Below are positions 24,651 through 32,000 of a stretch of 32,000 nucleotides of DNA, in pieces. Source of the stretch: Zestosphaera tikiterensis. GTDB taxonomy: Archaea; Thermoproteota; Thermoprotei_A; Sulfolobales; NBVN01. The stretch spans positions 30,001 through 62,000 of the forward strand of contig NBVN01000004.1 of assembly GCA_003056265.1 (NCBI GenBank), given 5' to 3'. The notes under the pieces are model-generated. The model worked only from the letters and a program-made list of their open reading frames with translations. It was not told the origin of the DNA and ran no database searches. The translations under genes were made by a program, and so were the position numbers. Positions within the stretch are counted from its first letter, which is position 1, and each line of letters begins with the position of its first letter.

Positions 24651-25517
24651 TCATTTTATCTCGTCCTTAACTATCTCTATATCAAGTACTATCTGATAGT
24701 ATTTAGGCCCTACACTCCTTACAACCCTACCGTGGTTTATCGAAGCTTTAACCCCCAACCCACTTAACTTGCTTGAAAATTTCAAGCTCCCCAGCCTTAA
24801 CGCTTCTGTAGGGTTTTCAGCAGTTACGAAGTCGTAAACATGTATGAAGCCTTTAGCCTTAAGAGCTTCGACGGCTTCGCTGAGGTATTTATAAGAAAGC
24901 TCGGGAAGAGGCATTAAAACCCTATCTGCCCAACCTCTATAGGCTTTAACGACCTCTGCAGCATCACCTAAAACCGGTTGAACCACGTCCTCAACTTTAT
25001 TTATCTTAACGTTTTCAAGCATTAACGCATATGCCCTCGGGTTGATGTCTATCGATAATATCTTAGTTGGCTTGGCGTGTTTAGCGATTATTATGGAGAA
25101 TAAGCCAGCCCCGGCGAACATGTTTATGATGTTTTCGTTTTTCATAACCAGCTTAGCTATTCTTATATGTTCGTAACTTAAGGTTGGGGATATGTAAACA
25201 TTAAGTATGTCTATTTTGAAGAGGCATCCATGTTCCTTATATATGGTTTCAGACCTAGGCTCGCCAGCTAGGTGAACGTATTCCCTAACACGGTGTTCTG
25301 ATTTAATTGGGGATATAGCAAGCCAAACAGATTTAACGTATGGTAGTTTCTTTAACAACACTTCCGCTACAGGTTTAAAAAACTCTATATTTAAATCGGG
25401 GGGCTTCCTTAAAATAGCTATATCACCTATTACTTCAAGCCTACCCCAAACTTTCTTAGCTGCTTCAACTCCGTATAAATCAGCTACGATCTCTCTTAAT
25501 AACTTACCCCTACTCAT
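24651..25517 (-). CDS. Trm5/Taw2-family class I SAM-dependent tRNA modification enzyme (the size favours Taw2, the acp-transferase for wyosine derivatives)
   Basis: Met-10+-like: IINMFAGAGLFSI SAM-binding loop, DINP, RVLMPLP. At 288 aa it lacks the N-terminal D1 domain of full Trm5. Confidence 0.65.
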   Translation of the reverse strand: MSRGKLLREIVADLYGVEAAKKVWGRLEVIGDIAILRKPPDLNIEFFKPVAEVLLKKLPYVKSVWLAISPIKSEHRVREYVHLAGEPRSETIYKEHGCLFKIDILNVYISPTLSYEHIRIAKLVMKNENIINMFAGAGLFSIIIAKHAKPTKILSIDINPRAYALMLENVKINKVEDVVQPVLGDAAEVVKAYRGWADRVLMPLPELSYKYLSEAVEALKAKGFIHVYDFVTAENPTEALRLGSLKFSSKLSGLGVKASINHGRVVRSVGPKYYQIVLDIEIVKDEIK

Positions 25518-25590
25518 TTAAAACATACCCACTAGCTATGAAGTTAATCAATATAAAAACGTTTATATTTCGCATAATGGTTTAATAATT

Positions 25591-26304
25591 ATGGTGGGAA
25601 TTATGCCTACGTTAAGATCTGGGTTAGTTATCGCGGGAGGCTACGCTAATAAAGTAAGAGCTACTGTATTTGCTCAGTTAAGAGAAGACATAAAACAAGG
25701 GAGGATAGACAATAAAAGCGTGGCTTTCCATATAGCTCAATTAAACAGATTCCTTTATACATTGTTCGTCGAGCGTTTAAAAATAGATAAAGGCGATGTA
25801 GTGCGGATCACTATAAATTATGAAGTGACTGACGGCAAGATAGTTTGGGATTTTAAATCACTTAAGGTTGAGGTCTTCAAAAGGGTACCGGAGGTAGAAG
25901 TCGAGAGGGTTTTAAACGAAATCATACCGGAAGCGGAGAAAATTATGAAAGCACCTATTGAGTACTCCGTTGAGCTTTTAGGTTCGACGGTAGATGGGGA
26001 TTTAATATATGTGGTTAAGGTAGGTAACGTAGAGAGTGGTGTTATTGAAGCCCTTCAAATAAATGAAGACCTCGTGTATGTTAAGACGGGCGCGGTTCTA
26101 GACCCCGAGCCCGCTGTCATAGAGAAGGTTAAGCTACCTTTAGAAGGGTTAAAGCTTGAGGAGCTGTTAAAACAGAAAATGCCTGAGATCGTGAGTAAGG
26201 CTAAATACGTGACTAGAGAGGAAGCTGAAGCAACAATACAATATATAAGGAAACGCCTTCAAGAAGTAAGGCCTGTTGAAGGTGTGGAAAAGCCGGAGGA
26301 GTGA
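25591..26304 (+). CDS. Conserved-looking hypothetical protein (acidic, mixed alpha/beta)
   Basis: Clean 237-aa ORF with coding-like composition and a TATA (gtttatattt) about 20 nt upstream. I recognise no motif with confidence. Confidence 0.5.
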   Translation: MVGIMPTLRSGLVIAGGYANKVRATVFAQLREDIKQGRIDNKSVAFHIAQLNRFLYTLFVERLKIDKGDVVRITINYEVTDGKIVWDFKSLKVEVFKRVPEVEVERVLNEIIPEAEKIMKAPIEYSVELLGSTVDGDLIYVVKVGNVESGVIEALQINEDLVYVKTGAVLDPEPAVIEKVKLPLEGLKLEELLKQKMPEIVSKAKYVTREEAEATIQYIRKRLQEVRPVEGVEKPEE

Positions 26305-26337
26305 GTTTGATTAGGATTCCTAACTACGTAGTTTTTC

Positions 26338-26904
26338 TTACCATTTAAACCTTTCCTCATTCCATACGTTTCCTCTTTCATGATAACCTAACGCTTCCCA
26401 ATAGCCGTCTTTATAGTAACTCAGCAAGGTTATTTCTGAAACCCATTTAGCGCTTTTCCATCCGTAAAGATGTGGTATGAAGATCCTCGCCGGAAATCCC
26501 TGCTCTAAAGTGAGGGGTTTGCCGTTTATCTTAAGAGCTAAGATTGCTTTTTCGTGAAGAGCGTCTTCTATTGGGATGATCGTAGTGTAGTTATCGACGC
26601 TTAATACATAAACCCACTTGACAGTATCTCTAGGTTTTGAAGCTTCTATTAGTTTCCTCAACGATACACCTTCCCAACGTACATTCTCAACAGACCATCC
26701 AGTAACGCAGTGAAAATCCTCAACGTATGACACATCGGCAAGCTTTAAAAGGTCTTCATACGTGTATGTCATCTCACGCTCAACCTCACCCTTAACTTTA
26801 AGGGTCCAGGATTGAACGTCTATGTTAGGCTGGCCTAAGATCCTGTAAATTATGAAGTTAGGTATGATTTTCTGGCCTGGAGGTACGTGTCTACTTCCAT
26901 CCAT
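26338..26904 (-). CDS. Small molybdopterin-binding oxidoreductase (sulfite oxidase / YedY-MsrP fold)
   Basis: EDFHCVTGWSVENVRWEGVSL and ALKINGKPLTLEQGFPARIFIPHLYGWKSAKWV are typical of the Oxidored_molyb domain. Confidence 0.75.
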   Translation of the reverse strand: MDGSRHVPPGQKIIPNFIIYRILGQPNIDVQSWTLKVKGEVEREMTYTYEDLLKLADVSYVEDFHCVTGWSVENVRWEGVSLRKLIEASKPRDTVKWVYVLSVDNYTTIIPIEDALHEKAILALKINGKPLTLEQGFPARIFIPHLYGWKSAKWVSEITLLSYYKDGYWEALGYHERGNVWNEERFKW

Positions 26905-26912
26905 AAATCACA

Positions 26913-27254
26913 TCACCTTTGAGAAGAGCTTATCGTACATATAACACTCTTCACAAAGTTTTTATGGGTTACGACCCTACAACTACCTAGGTAGGACTTA
27001 TCACTAGATCTAAATACCCTATACGTATATATAATGTAATCCGTACCTATAGGTTCATTTTCTGAAAACGAGTACGTTAGAGCTTCTCCCCAGAAACCCT
27101 CGACATGATGAACTGCTTCACCTATAATTGAACTTAATTGAGTTAAGTCCTCAACACGTATAGTCGCTAAAGGCAAACATTCAAGGACGTTGCCTATGCC
27201 TTTAGGCTTAAGCGCATGTGAATCTTTAAGATGGCAACGAAGCAACGTTACCAC
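26913..27254 (-). CDS. Hypothetical protein, GTG start, 8 nt upstream of the molybdoenzyme gene
   Basis: 113-codon ORF in an otherwise unassigned 0.5-kb spacer. TATA-like ttttaaat lies about 17 nt upstream. No recognisable motif. Confidence 0.35.
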   Translation of the reverse strand: MVTLLRCHLKDSHALKPKGIGNVLECLPLATIRVEDLTQLSSIIGEAVHHVEGFWGEALTYSFSENEPIGTDYIIYTYRVFRSSDKSYLGSCRVVTHKNFVKSVICTISSSQR

Positions 27255-27418
27255 CGTTTAAAAGAAGCATTTAAAAATTTAAGTGCTTGAAAATATTGTA
27301 TCATAACCTCCCATACAGTCATTATTGTTTAATCATTATACTTATACAATTTATGTTTTTATTAGCGCGTAAACATTTTTATACTTGTCTAAGAACAATA
27401 AATGGAAGTGAGGATCTG

Positions 27419-28996
27419 ATGAACTCCTTTGCGGCAGACGTTGCTGCTGCGTTGCCCTTAGCTTCTATAGTAATAGCTTTCTTAATTCCCTTAGTAAGTT
27501 TAAAGATTAAGGATCCGAAGGTTCCTCACTACATTTCTTCAGTAGTTACGGGCTTAGTGTTTTTACTTAGTGCGTATGTCTTTATTCATGTTTTCTCAAC
27601 TGGTGATGTTCTAGTATATACCTTCTCCGGGTTTCCCCCTCCTTTAGGCATTGTTTACGTTGTTGATGTGGTTAATTCCTTCGTTGGTTTTTTAATTGGG
27701 TTTGTGTTCTTCTTTGTTAATATTTTCTCTTTAAAGTATATTTTAAAGTTTGGAGGAAGTGAATGGTATTATACGTTAATGTTGGGTTTAGAGGCTGGGT
27801 TGATGGGTTTAACTTACACAGGAGACGTTTTCAACGTGTTTGTTATGATGGAGGTTGCTTCCGTATCCACATACGCGTTAATAACATTCTTTAGGGAGAG
27901 AGGCTATCCTTTAGATGCGGGGGTTAAATACGGGATTTTAGGGGGTGTAGCAACCACGATATATTTCGTCGCCGCTGTAATAGCTTACTACTCCTTCGGA
28001 ACTTTAAATATGGCCGACATAGCCTCTAAGATATTAGGCCGTGAAACATCCTTCAATACCTTCTCGCAGGGGTTTACTTACGACGTAGGCGTTGCGGCAG
28101 TAATCTTTCTAGGTTTAAGCGTGTGGACTTTCGCTATAGAGTCAGCGTTGTTTCCAATGCATTTTTGGTTGCCTGAAGCTTATACTGCCGCACCAGCTAC
28201 GGCATCTGCGGCTTTAGCGGCCGTAGCTGAAGGTACGTATGTTTACTTAGTTATGAGGTATATATATACGATTGTAGGGCTAGAGCACGCCCTACCTGTG
28301 AGGATAGCGTTTCTGGTTTTAGGTTCTTTAGCTGTCATATTCGCAGGTTTCTTAATGTCTCAACAGAATGGGTTGAAGAGGATAATATCCTACAGTACGG
28401 TTTTAGACGTAGGCTTTATGTACATAGGGTTAGGGATAGGTAGTAAGTTAGCAATCGCCGCAACTCTCTATTATATCCTATCCCACGCTTTCGTAAAGCC
28501 TCTGCTATTCCTCACGGCAGCTGCTTCAGAATACCTATTCGGTACGACTAACCTAAACAAGCTAAGTGGCGTCTATAGGAAATACCCAATCCTTGGAGCC
28601 TCACTTGCCGTTGGTGGTTTAGCTGTGGCGGGCGTTCTCCCGTTTAATTTATTCTTTGCTAAGTTGAATTTAGCTATTGCTGCTCTGCAGGAAGGTTACG
28701 CACCTGTAATCATAGTTATCGCCGTTGGTTCAGCATTTGCCCTGGTGTCGTTTTCTAGAGCTCTTTACGCAACATACTTCAAACCAGGAAATGCTGAACT
28801 ACCCTCTTTAACCTTGCCAGCGTCTTTCAAAAGCGTTTTAAGCATTCTTTTAGTGCTTACGGTAATTACCGGGCTTGGCTACACATTAATAAACACTGAT
28901 TTAATAACTCCTATAGCTGAAAACTTAACGGACTCTACTCTAAGGTTAAAGTATTTACTAACTGTTGAGGAAATATTAAGTGCGGGGTTTAAGTAA
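27419..28996 (+). CDS. Mrp/NuoL-M-N-type antiporter-like membrane subunit (MbxH/MbhH-like)
   Basis: About 14 TM helices. HFWLPEAYTAAPATASAALAAV is the family signature. I place the start at ATG 27419 (GTGAGG 6 nt upstream, TATA catttttatac at 27374-27384), not at the TTG at 27287. Confidence 0.8.
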   Translation: MNSFAADVAAALPLASIVIAFLIPLVSLKIKDPKVPHYISSVVTGLVFLLSAYVFIHVFSTGDVLVYTFSGFPPPLGIVYVVDVVNSFVGFLIGFVFFFVNIFSLKYILKFGGSEWYYTLMLGLEAGLMGLTYTGDVFNVFVMMEVASVSTYALITFFRERGYPLDAGVKYGILGGVATTIYFVAAVIAYYSFGTLNMADIASKILGRETSFNTFSQGFTYDVGVAAVIFLGLSVWTFAIESALFPMHFWLPEAYTAAPATASAALAAVAEGTYVYLVMRYIYTIVGLEHALPVRIAFLVLGSLAVIFAGFLMSQQNGLKRIISYSTVLDVGFMYIGLGIGSKLAIAATLYYILSHAFVKPLLFLTAAASEYLFGTTNLNKLSGVYRKYPILGASLAVGGLAVAGVLPFNLFFAKLNLAIAALQEGYAPVIIVIAVGSAFALVSFSRALYATYFKPGNAELPSLTLPASFKSVLSILLVLTVITGLGYTLINTDLITPIAENLTDSTLRLKYLLTVEEILSAGFK

Positions 28997-29005
28997 TGGT
29001 TTCTT

Positions 29006-29587
29006 TTGGTGATCTTCATGAATGAAGAAGTAACTCCACGTGAAACGGTTGAGGCAAGGAAAAAGTTCAGGTTGAGTGACTGGTTTAGATCAAAATCCCT
29101 TTGGATGATTCATTACTGTTCCGCATGTGGGGCTGTAGAACTACCTCCAGTGTTTAACTCCCCGCTGGATTTAGAGAGATATGGGGTCATGCCTGCTCCT
29201 TCACCTAGACAAAGCGACGTGTTAGTGATTATGGGTTACGTCAATAAGAAAACCTTAAAAGTGCTTCTAAGGATGTATGAGCAAATGCCTGAACCTAAGT
29301 ACGTATTAGTTGGTTGTAATTGCCCAGCTACTGGCGGCCTCTACTGGGACTCTTACGCCACTATAAAGAGGATTGATGAATACCTACCAGTTGATTTATG
29401 GGTTCCTGGATGTATGCCAAGAGATGATGACTGGCTAAAGGGATTTATCGAGTTAGCTAGGTTAATTAGGGAAGGTAAGGTACCTCAAACCCCCAGGCCA
29501 CTTGAGAGGAAGCCCGGTGAGCTAGAGGAGTTATTAATTAAAGACCTTGAGGAACGTGAGAAACGTATGCTTAAGGAGAGAGGCTAG
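29006..29587 (+). CDS. NuoB / [NiFe]-hydrogenase small-subunit-like protein (MbxJ-like)
   Basis: SPRQSDVLVIMG, MPEPKYVLVGCNCPATGG, PVDLWVPGCMPR. Possible starts are TTG 29006, GTG 29009 and ATG 29018. Confidence 0.8.
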   Translation: MVIFMNEEVTPRETVEARKKFRLSDWFRSKSLWMIHYCSACGAVELPPVFNSPLDLERYGVMPAPSPRQSDVLVIMGYVNKKTLKVLLRMYEQMPEPKYVLVGCNCPATGGLYWDSYATIKRIDEYLPVDLWVPGCMPRDDDWLKGFIELARLIREGKVPQTPRPLERKPGELEELLIKDLEEREKRMLKERG

Positions 29588-29589
29588 CT

Positions 29590-30111
29590 ATGTCTACTGA
29601 AGAAGATCTGTTAACTATGTTGAGGGATCGGCTGCCGAAGGATAAGGTTAGAGAGGTAAATATTACTAAGTGGTTAAATAAATTCGAAATTATTACAGAC
29701 CCCGAGAACATAAGATACGTCATCCTAGCTTTAAAAGGTCTTGGATTCAATCATTTAGTGGCTATAGAGACTATAGACTGGCTTAAGAAAGAACCTACTT
29801 TTGAGTTGATTTACTACTTAGCCTCAATAGAGAGGAACGGTGCTATGGTTTTAGTAAGGACTAAAATACCTAGGGATAATCCCGTGATAGACTCTATACA
29901 TGATATACTACCGTTTGCCTATTATCAAGAACTAGAGAACTACGAGTTCTTCGGAATTACGTTTAGAGGACATAAAGGGCTGAAGCTATGGATACTCGAG
30001 GATAATTGGGATGGACCACCACCCTTAAGGAAGGATTTCGACTCTGTAAAGTACGCGTTAGAGCATTACTATAAGGGGCTTAGGTATGAAAGAGGTGATA
30101 GTAATGAATGA
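29590..30111 (+). CDS. NuoC (30 kDa)-like subunit (MbxK-like)
   Basis: YYQELENYEFFGITFRGHKGLKLWIL matches the complex I 30-kDa family motif (E..D.FG..F.GH). Confidence 0.8.
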   Translation: MSTEEDLLTMLRDRLPKDKVREVNITKWLNKFEIITDPENIRYVILALKGLGFNHLVAIETIDWLKKEPTFELIYYLASIERNGAMVLVRTKIPRDNPVIDSIHDILPFAYYQELENYEFFGITFRGHKGLKLWILEDNWDGPPPLRKDFDSVKYALEHYYKGLRYERGDSNE

Positions 30112-31204
30112 AGAGATTGAGCTGTTTTTCGGTCCCCAACATCCTGGAGCTCCGGGTAACGTAGGTTTTAAACTAAAACTTAAAGGTGAGAGAGTTCTAG
30201 ACGTTGAGCTGATTCCCGGCTTCCTCCACAGAGGCTTTGAGAAAATGATGGAAAACAGGTGGTGGGAGGTAAACGTAGTTTTATCGTCTAGATACTGCGT
30301 TGAGGACCCAGACAACATGGAGTTAGGGTATGTCTTAGCTGTTGACGATCTCTACGGAGTTGAAGTACCTGAGAAGGCAAATCACGTCAGAACGGTAGTA
30401 GCCGAGATGAGTAGAATACAATCGCATCTTTTCTGGATTATGTTTATGGGCGCAGGGTTAGGAGCTAGGTACATACCTAGTTGGGCTATGGCGGCGCGTG
30501 AAGAGATACTTAAGTGGTATGATTACCTCACCGGGCATAGGATCTATCATCACTACATGGTTCCTGGAGGGATACGTTGGAACGTACCTCAAGACTTTAA
30601 TGAAAGAACGCTACATACCTTGAACACCGTGAGTAAGATAGTTAGGGATATCGAGGAAGCCTTTATAACGAATAAAATCGTTCGAGAGAGGACGGAAGGT
30701 GTCGGCGTAGTTAAAGGTTCTATAGCGGTTGAGTTAGGCGTTTCAGGACCTACCTTAAGAGCTGCTGGAATACCCTACGACATAAGGAAAGCGGATCCAT
30801 ACGCATCATACGGAAAGGTGAGCTTTGAAGTTCCCGTAGGTTCTAGAGGAGATTCATACGATAGGATTAAAATCAGGGTTAAGGAAATCTATGAAAGCAT
30901 TAAGATAATCGAACAACTACTTCCGAAGATTAACTACGAGGACAAAGCCTACAGGTTACAGTTACCTACCATACCACCCAACGGAGAAGGGTTGGGACGT
31001 GTTGAGGCTGCTCGCGGGGAGCACTTAGTTCATGTGGTTAATTTAAGAAGTAGGTACCCATATAGAGTAAGGATAAGACCTCCCTCCATGCCGTTACTTA
31101 CTACGGTGCTTAAGTATATAGTAAGTAATGAGGAGGTAACGATAGCCGATTTTCCAGTAATAGTTAAAAGCCTAGATCCCTGCGCACCAGATATAGATAG
31201 GTGA
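30104..31204 (+). CDS. NuoD (49 kDa) / [NiFe]-hydrogenase large-subunit-like protein (MbxL-like)
   Basis: FGPQHPGAPG, GFLHRGFEKMMENR, C-terminal DPCAPDIDR. I prefer ATG 30104 (GAGGTGAT 4 nt upstream, ATGAATGA overlap with the nuoC-like stop) over 30086. Confidence 0.85.
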   Translation: MNEEIELFFGPQHPGAPGNVGFKLKLKGERVLDVELIPGFLHRGFEKMMENRWWEVNVVLSSRYCVEDPDNMELGYVLAVDDLYGVEVPEKANHVRTVVAEMSRIQSHLFWIMFMGAGLGARYIPSWAMAAREEILKWYDYLTGHRIYHHYMVPGGIRWNVPQDFNERTLHTLNTVSKIVRDIEEAFITNKIVRERTEGVGVVKGSIAVELGVSGPTLRAAGIPYDIRKADPYASYGKVSFEVPVGSRGDSYDRIKIRVKEIYESIKIIEQLLPKINYEDKAYRLQLPTIPPNGEGLGRVEAARGEHLVHVVNLRSRYPYRVRIRPPSMPLLTTVLKYIVSNEEVTIADFPVIVKSLDPCAPDIDR

Positions 31205-31210
31205 GCTGGT

Positions 31211-31681
31211 ATGGTTATTAAGACGTTTAAAGTAGGTCTTAAATACCTTTTGAGAAGACCCTACACTAGGTTAGTACCGGATAGAGAAGGCCCCCTAACT
31301 TCAGATAGGACGCGTGGAAGGCATGTGTTAGACATGAGTAAATGCACGGGTTGTAGCATGTGCCAGAAGGTTTGCCCGGCCGATGCTATACAGATGGTTA
31401 AAGTTGAAGGTCCCTGGCCTCAAAACGTTAAAAAGATATTCCCCAGAATTGATTACCAGAGATGTACCTTCTGCGGTATGTGTGTTGAAGCATGTCCATT
31501 CAACGCATTATCAATGACTAACATCTCAGGCTGGTATTTAATAACAAGAGATAAGAAATCCACACTCTATAATCCTGAAAAACTCTCTAAGGTTTTTGAA
31601 ACGAAGGAATATAGGATCACGATGGTTAAATCCTTAGCTGAAGTCCAACGTCTTAAGAAGGAAGGTGAATCTAATGCTTGA
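31211..31681 (+). CDS. NuoI-like 2x[4Fe-4S] ferredoxin subunit (MbxN-like)
   Basis: CTGCSMCQKVCPADAI and CTFCGMCVEACPFNAL. Confidence 0.88.
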   Translation: MVIKTFKVGLKYLLRRPYTRLVPDREGPLTSDRTRGRHVLDMSKCTGCSMCQKVCPADAIQMVKVEGPWPQNVKKIFPRIDYQRCTFCGMCVEACPFNALSMTNISGWYLITRDKKSTLYNPEKLSKVFETKEYRITMVKSLAEVQRLKKEGESNA

Positions 31682-31955
31682 ACTACTGCAGGATTACCTC
31701 CTTTGGGCGTTAGTCACCGTGTATTTCATAGCTGGCATGCTTTACTTAGGTAGGTTATTTAAAGGTGTTGATGTCCCATCGATGGTGATTTTAGTAGATT
31801 CTCTAACGTATGATGTCGCTGTATTGATTTTAGTTATAGCTATATACACGAGGAACGCTTTTTTAGCTATAATAGCGTTGCCGCTATCCTTATGGGCTTA
31901 CGCCCTTGACATCTACGTATCTAAGTACTTGGAGGGGAGAGAGTTTGGTGATTGA
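31674..31955 (+). CDS. Small membrane subunit of the same operon (3 TM)
   Basis: Hydrophobic MLELLQDYLLWALVTVYFIAGMLYLG.. ATG 31674 is preceded by GGTGA (GTG 31665 is also possible). Overlaps the nuoI-like stop. Confidence 0.55.
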   Translation: MLELLQDYLLWALVTVYFIAGMLYLGRLFKGVDVPSMVILVDSLTYDVAVLILVIAIYTRNAFLAIIALPLSLWAYALDIYVSKYLEGREFGD

Positions 31956-32000
31956 TCCTTATGTATTAACTGAGGTGTTAACAACGCTACTTTTAATGGG
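31948..32000 (+). CDS. 5' end of a further membrane-subunit gene (partial, runs off the window)
   Basis: GTG 31948 overlaps the upstream stop (GTGATTGA) and is preceded by GGAGGGG. It reads VIDPYVLTEVLTTLLLMG. Confidence 0.35.
   Translation, partial: MIDPYVLTEVLTTLLLM

Noticed and set aside
27287-27418. N-terminal 44-codon extension of the antiporter-like subunit (TTG 27287)
   Set aside because: The extension covers the AT-rich divergent promoter region, including a TATA at 27374-27384. ATG 27419 has a GTGAGG Shine-Dalgarno sequence, and the hydrophobic protein body starts there.
6611-30318. Other overlapping ORFs in the track: 6611-6844(-), 7261-7716(-), 8203-8475(-), 10174-10440(-), 11056-11340(+), 13940-14167(-), 14656-14853(-), 15909-16241(-), 16779-16988(-), 20688-20900(-), 21964-22251(+), 22865-23197(+), 23988-24443(-), 30058-30318(-)
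   Set aside because: Each lies antisense to, or out of frame within, a gene with clear family motifs. None has a recognisable motif, promoter or Shine-Dalgarno sequence of its own.
1-32000. CRISPR arrays, IS elements or transposases, rRNA genes, prophage blocks
   Set aside because: I saw no regularly spaced direct repeats, no transposase-, integrase- or Cas-like ORFs and no rRNA-like sequence. The only exact repeat is the 130-bp tandem duplication.

Overview
This window comes from a low-GC thermophilic archaeon. The eS26/eL42/eS27 ribosomal proteins, Nop10, aIF5A, Pus10, wyosine genes and an Mbx/Mbh-type membrane complex point to a crenarchaeote/TACK lineage, but I cannot name the species. 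Most of the window is densely packed housekeeping. It holds a minus-strand aIF5A-SRP54-Pus10 operon, the conserved S26e-L44e-S27e-aIF2alpha-Nop10 cluster followed by tRNA-Asp(GUC), and proS-L21e-RpoF-DUF655. It also holds a SpoU methyltransferase, L10e, Dph2, an O2/iron-stress trio (VIT1-ferritin fusion, flavodiiron protein, peroxiredoxin), AlaX, Taw3, a PhoH-KH ATPase, Taw2/Trm5, a small molybdopterin oxidoreductase, and the start of a complex-I-like Mbx/MBS-type operon. I saw no CRISPR array, transposase, integrase or rRNA. The best candidate for an undescribed system is a translationally coupled four-gene module at 6989-10477. It encodes a helical protein, an SPFH/Band_7_1 protein with a double zinc ribbon, and two diverged paralogous Zn-ribbon proteins with C-terminal helical hairpins. 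It may be preceded by a small polytopic membrane protein. Other points worth a second look:
- a perfect 130-bp tandem duplication covering the 3' end of pus10;
- two paralogous ~75-nt small-RNA-like elements, each a conserved CUGA...hairpin...GAUGA core about 25 nt downstream of a TATA box;
- two GC-richer structured intergenic blocks (about 1640-1955 and 15676-15891) of unresolved identity;
- a Taw3 homologous N-terminal extension with no canonical start codon;
- a NuoD-like subunit that keeps only half of each [NiFe] cysteine motif.
All family assignments are recognised by eye from motifs. No searches were run.
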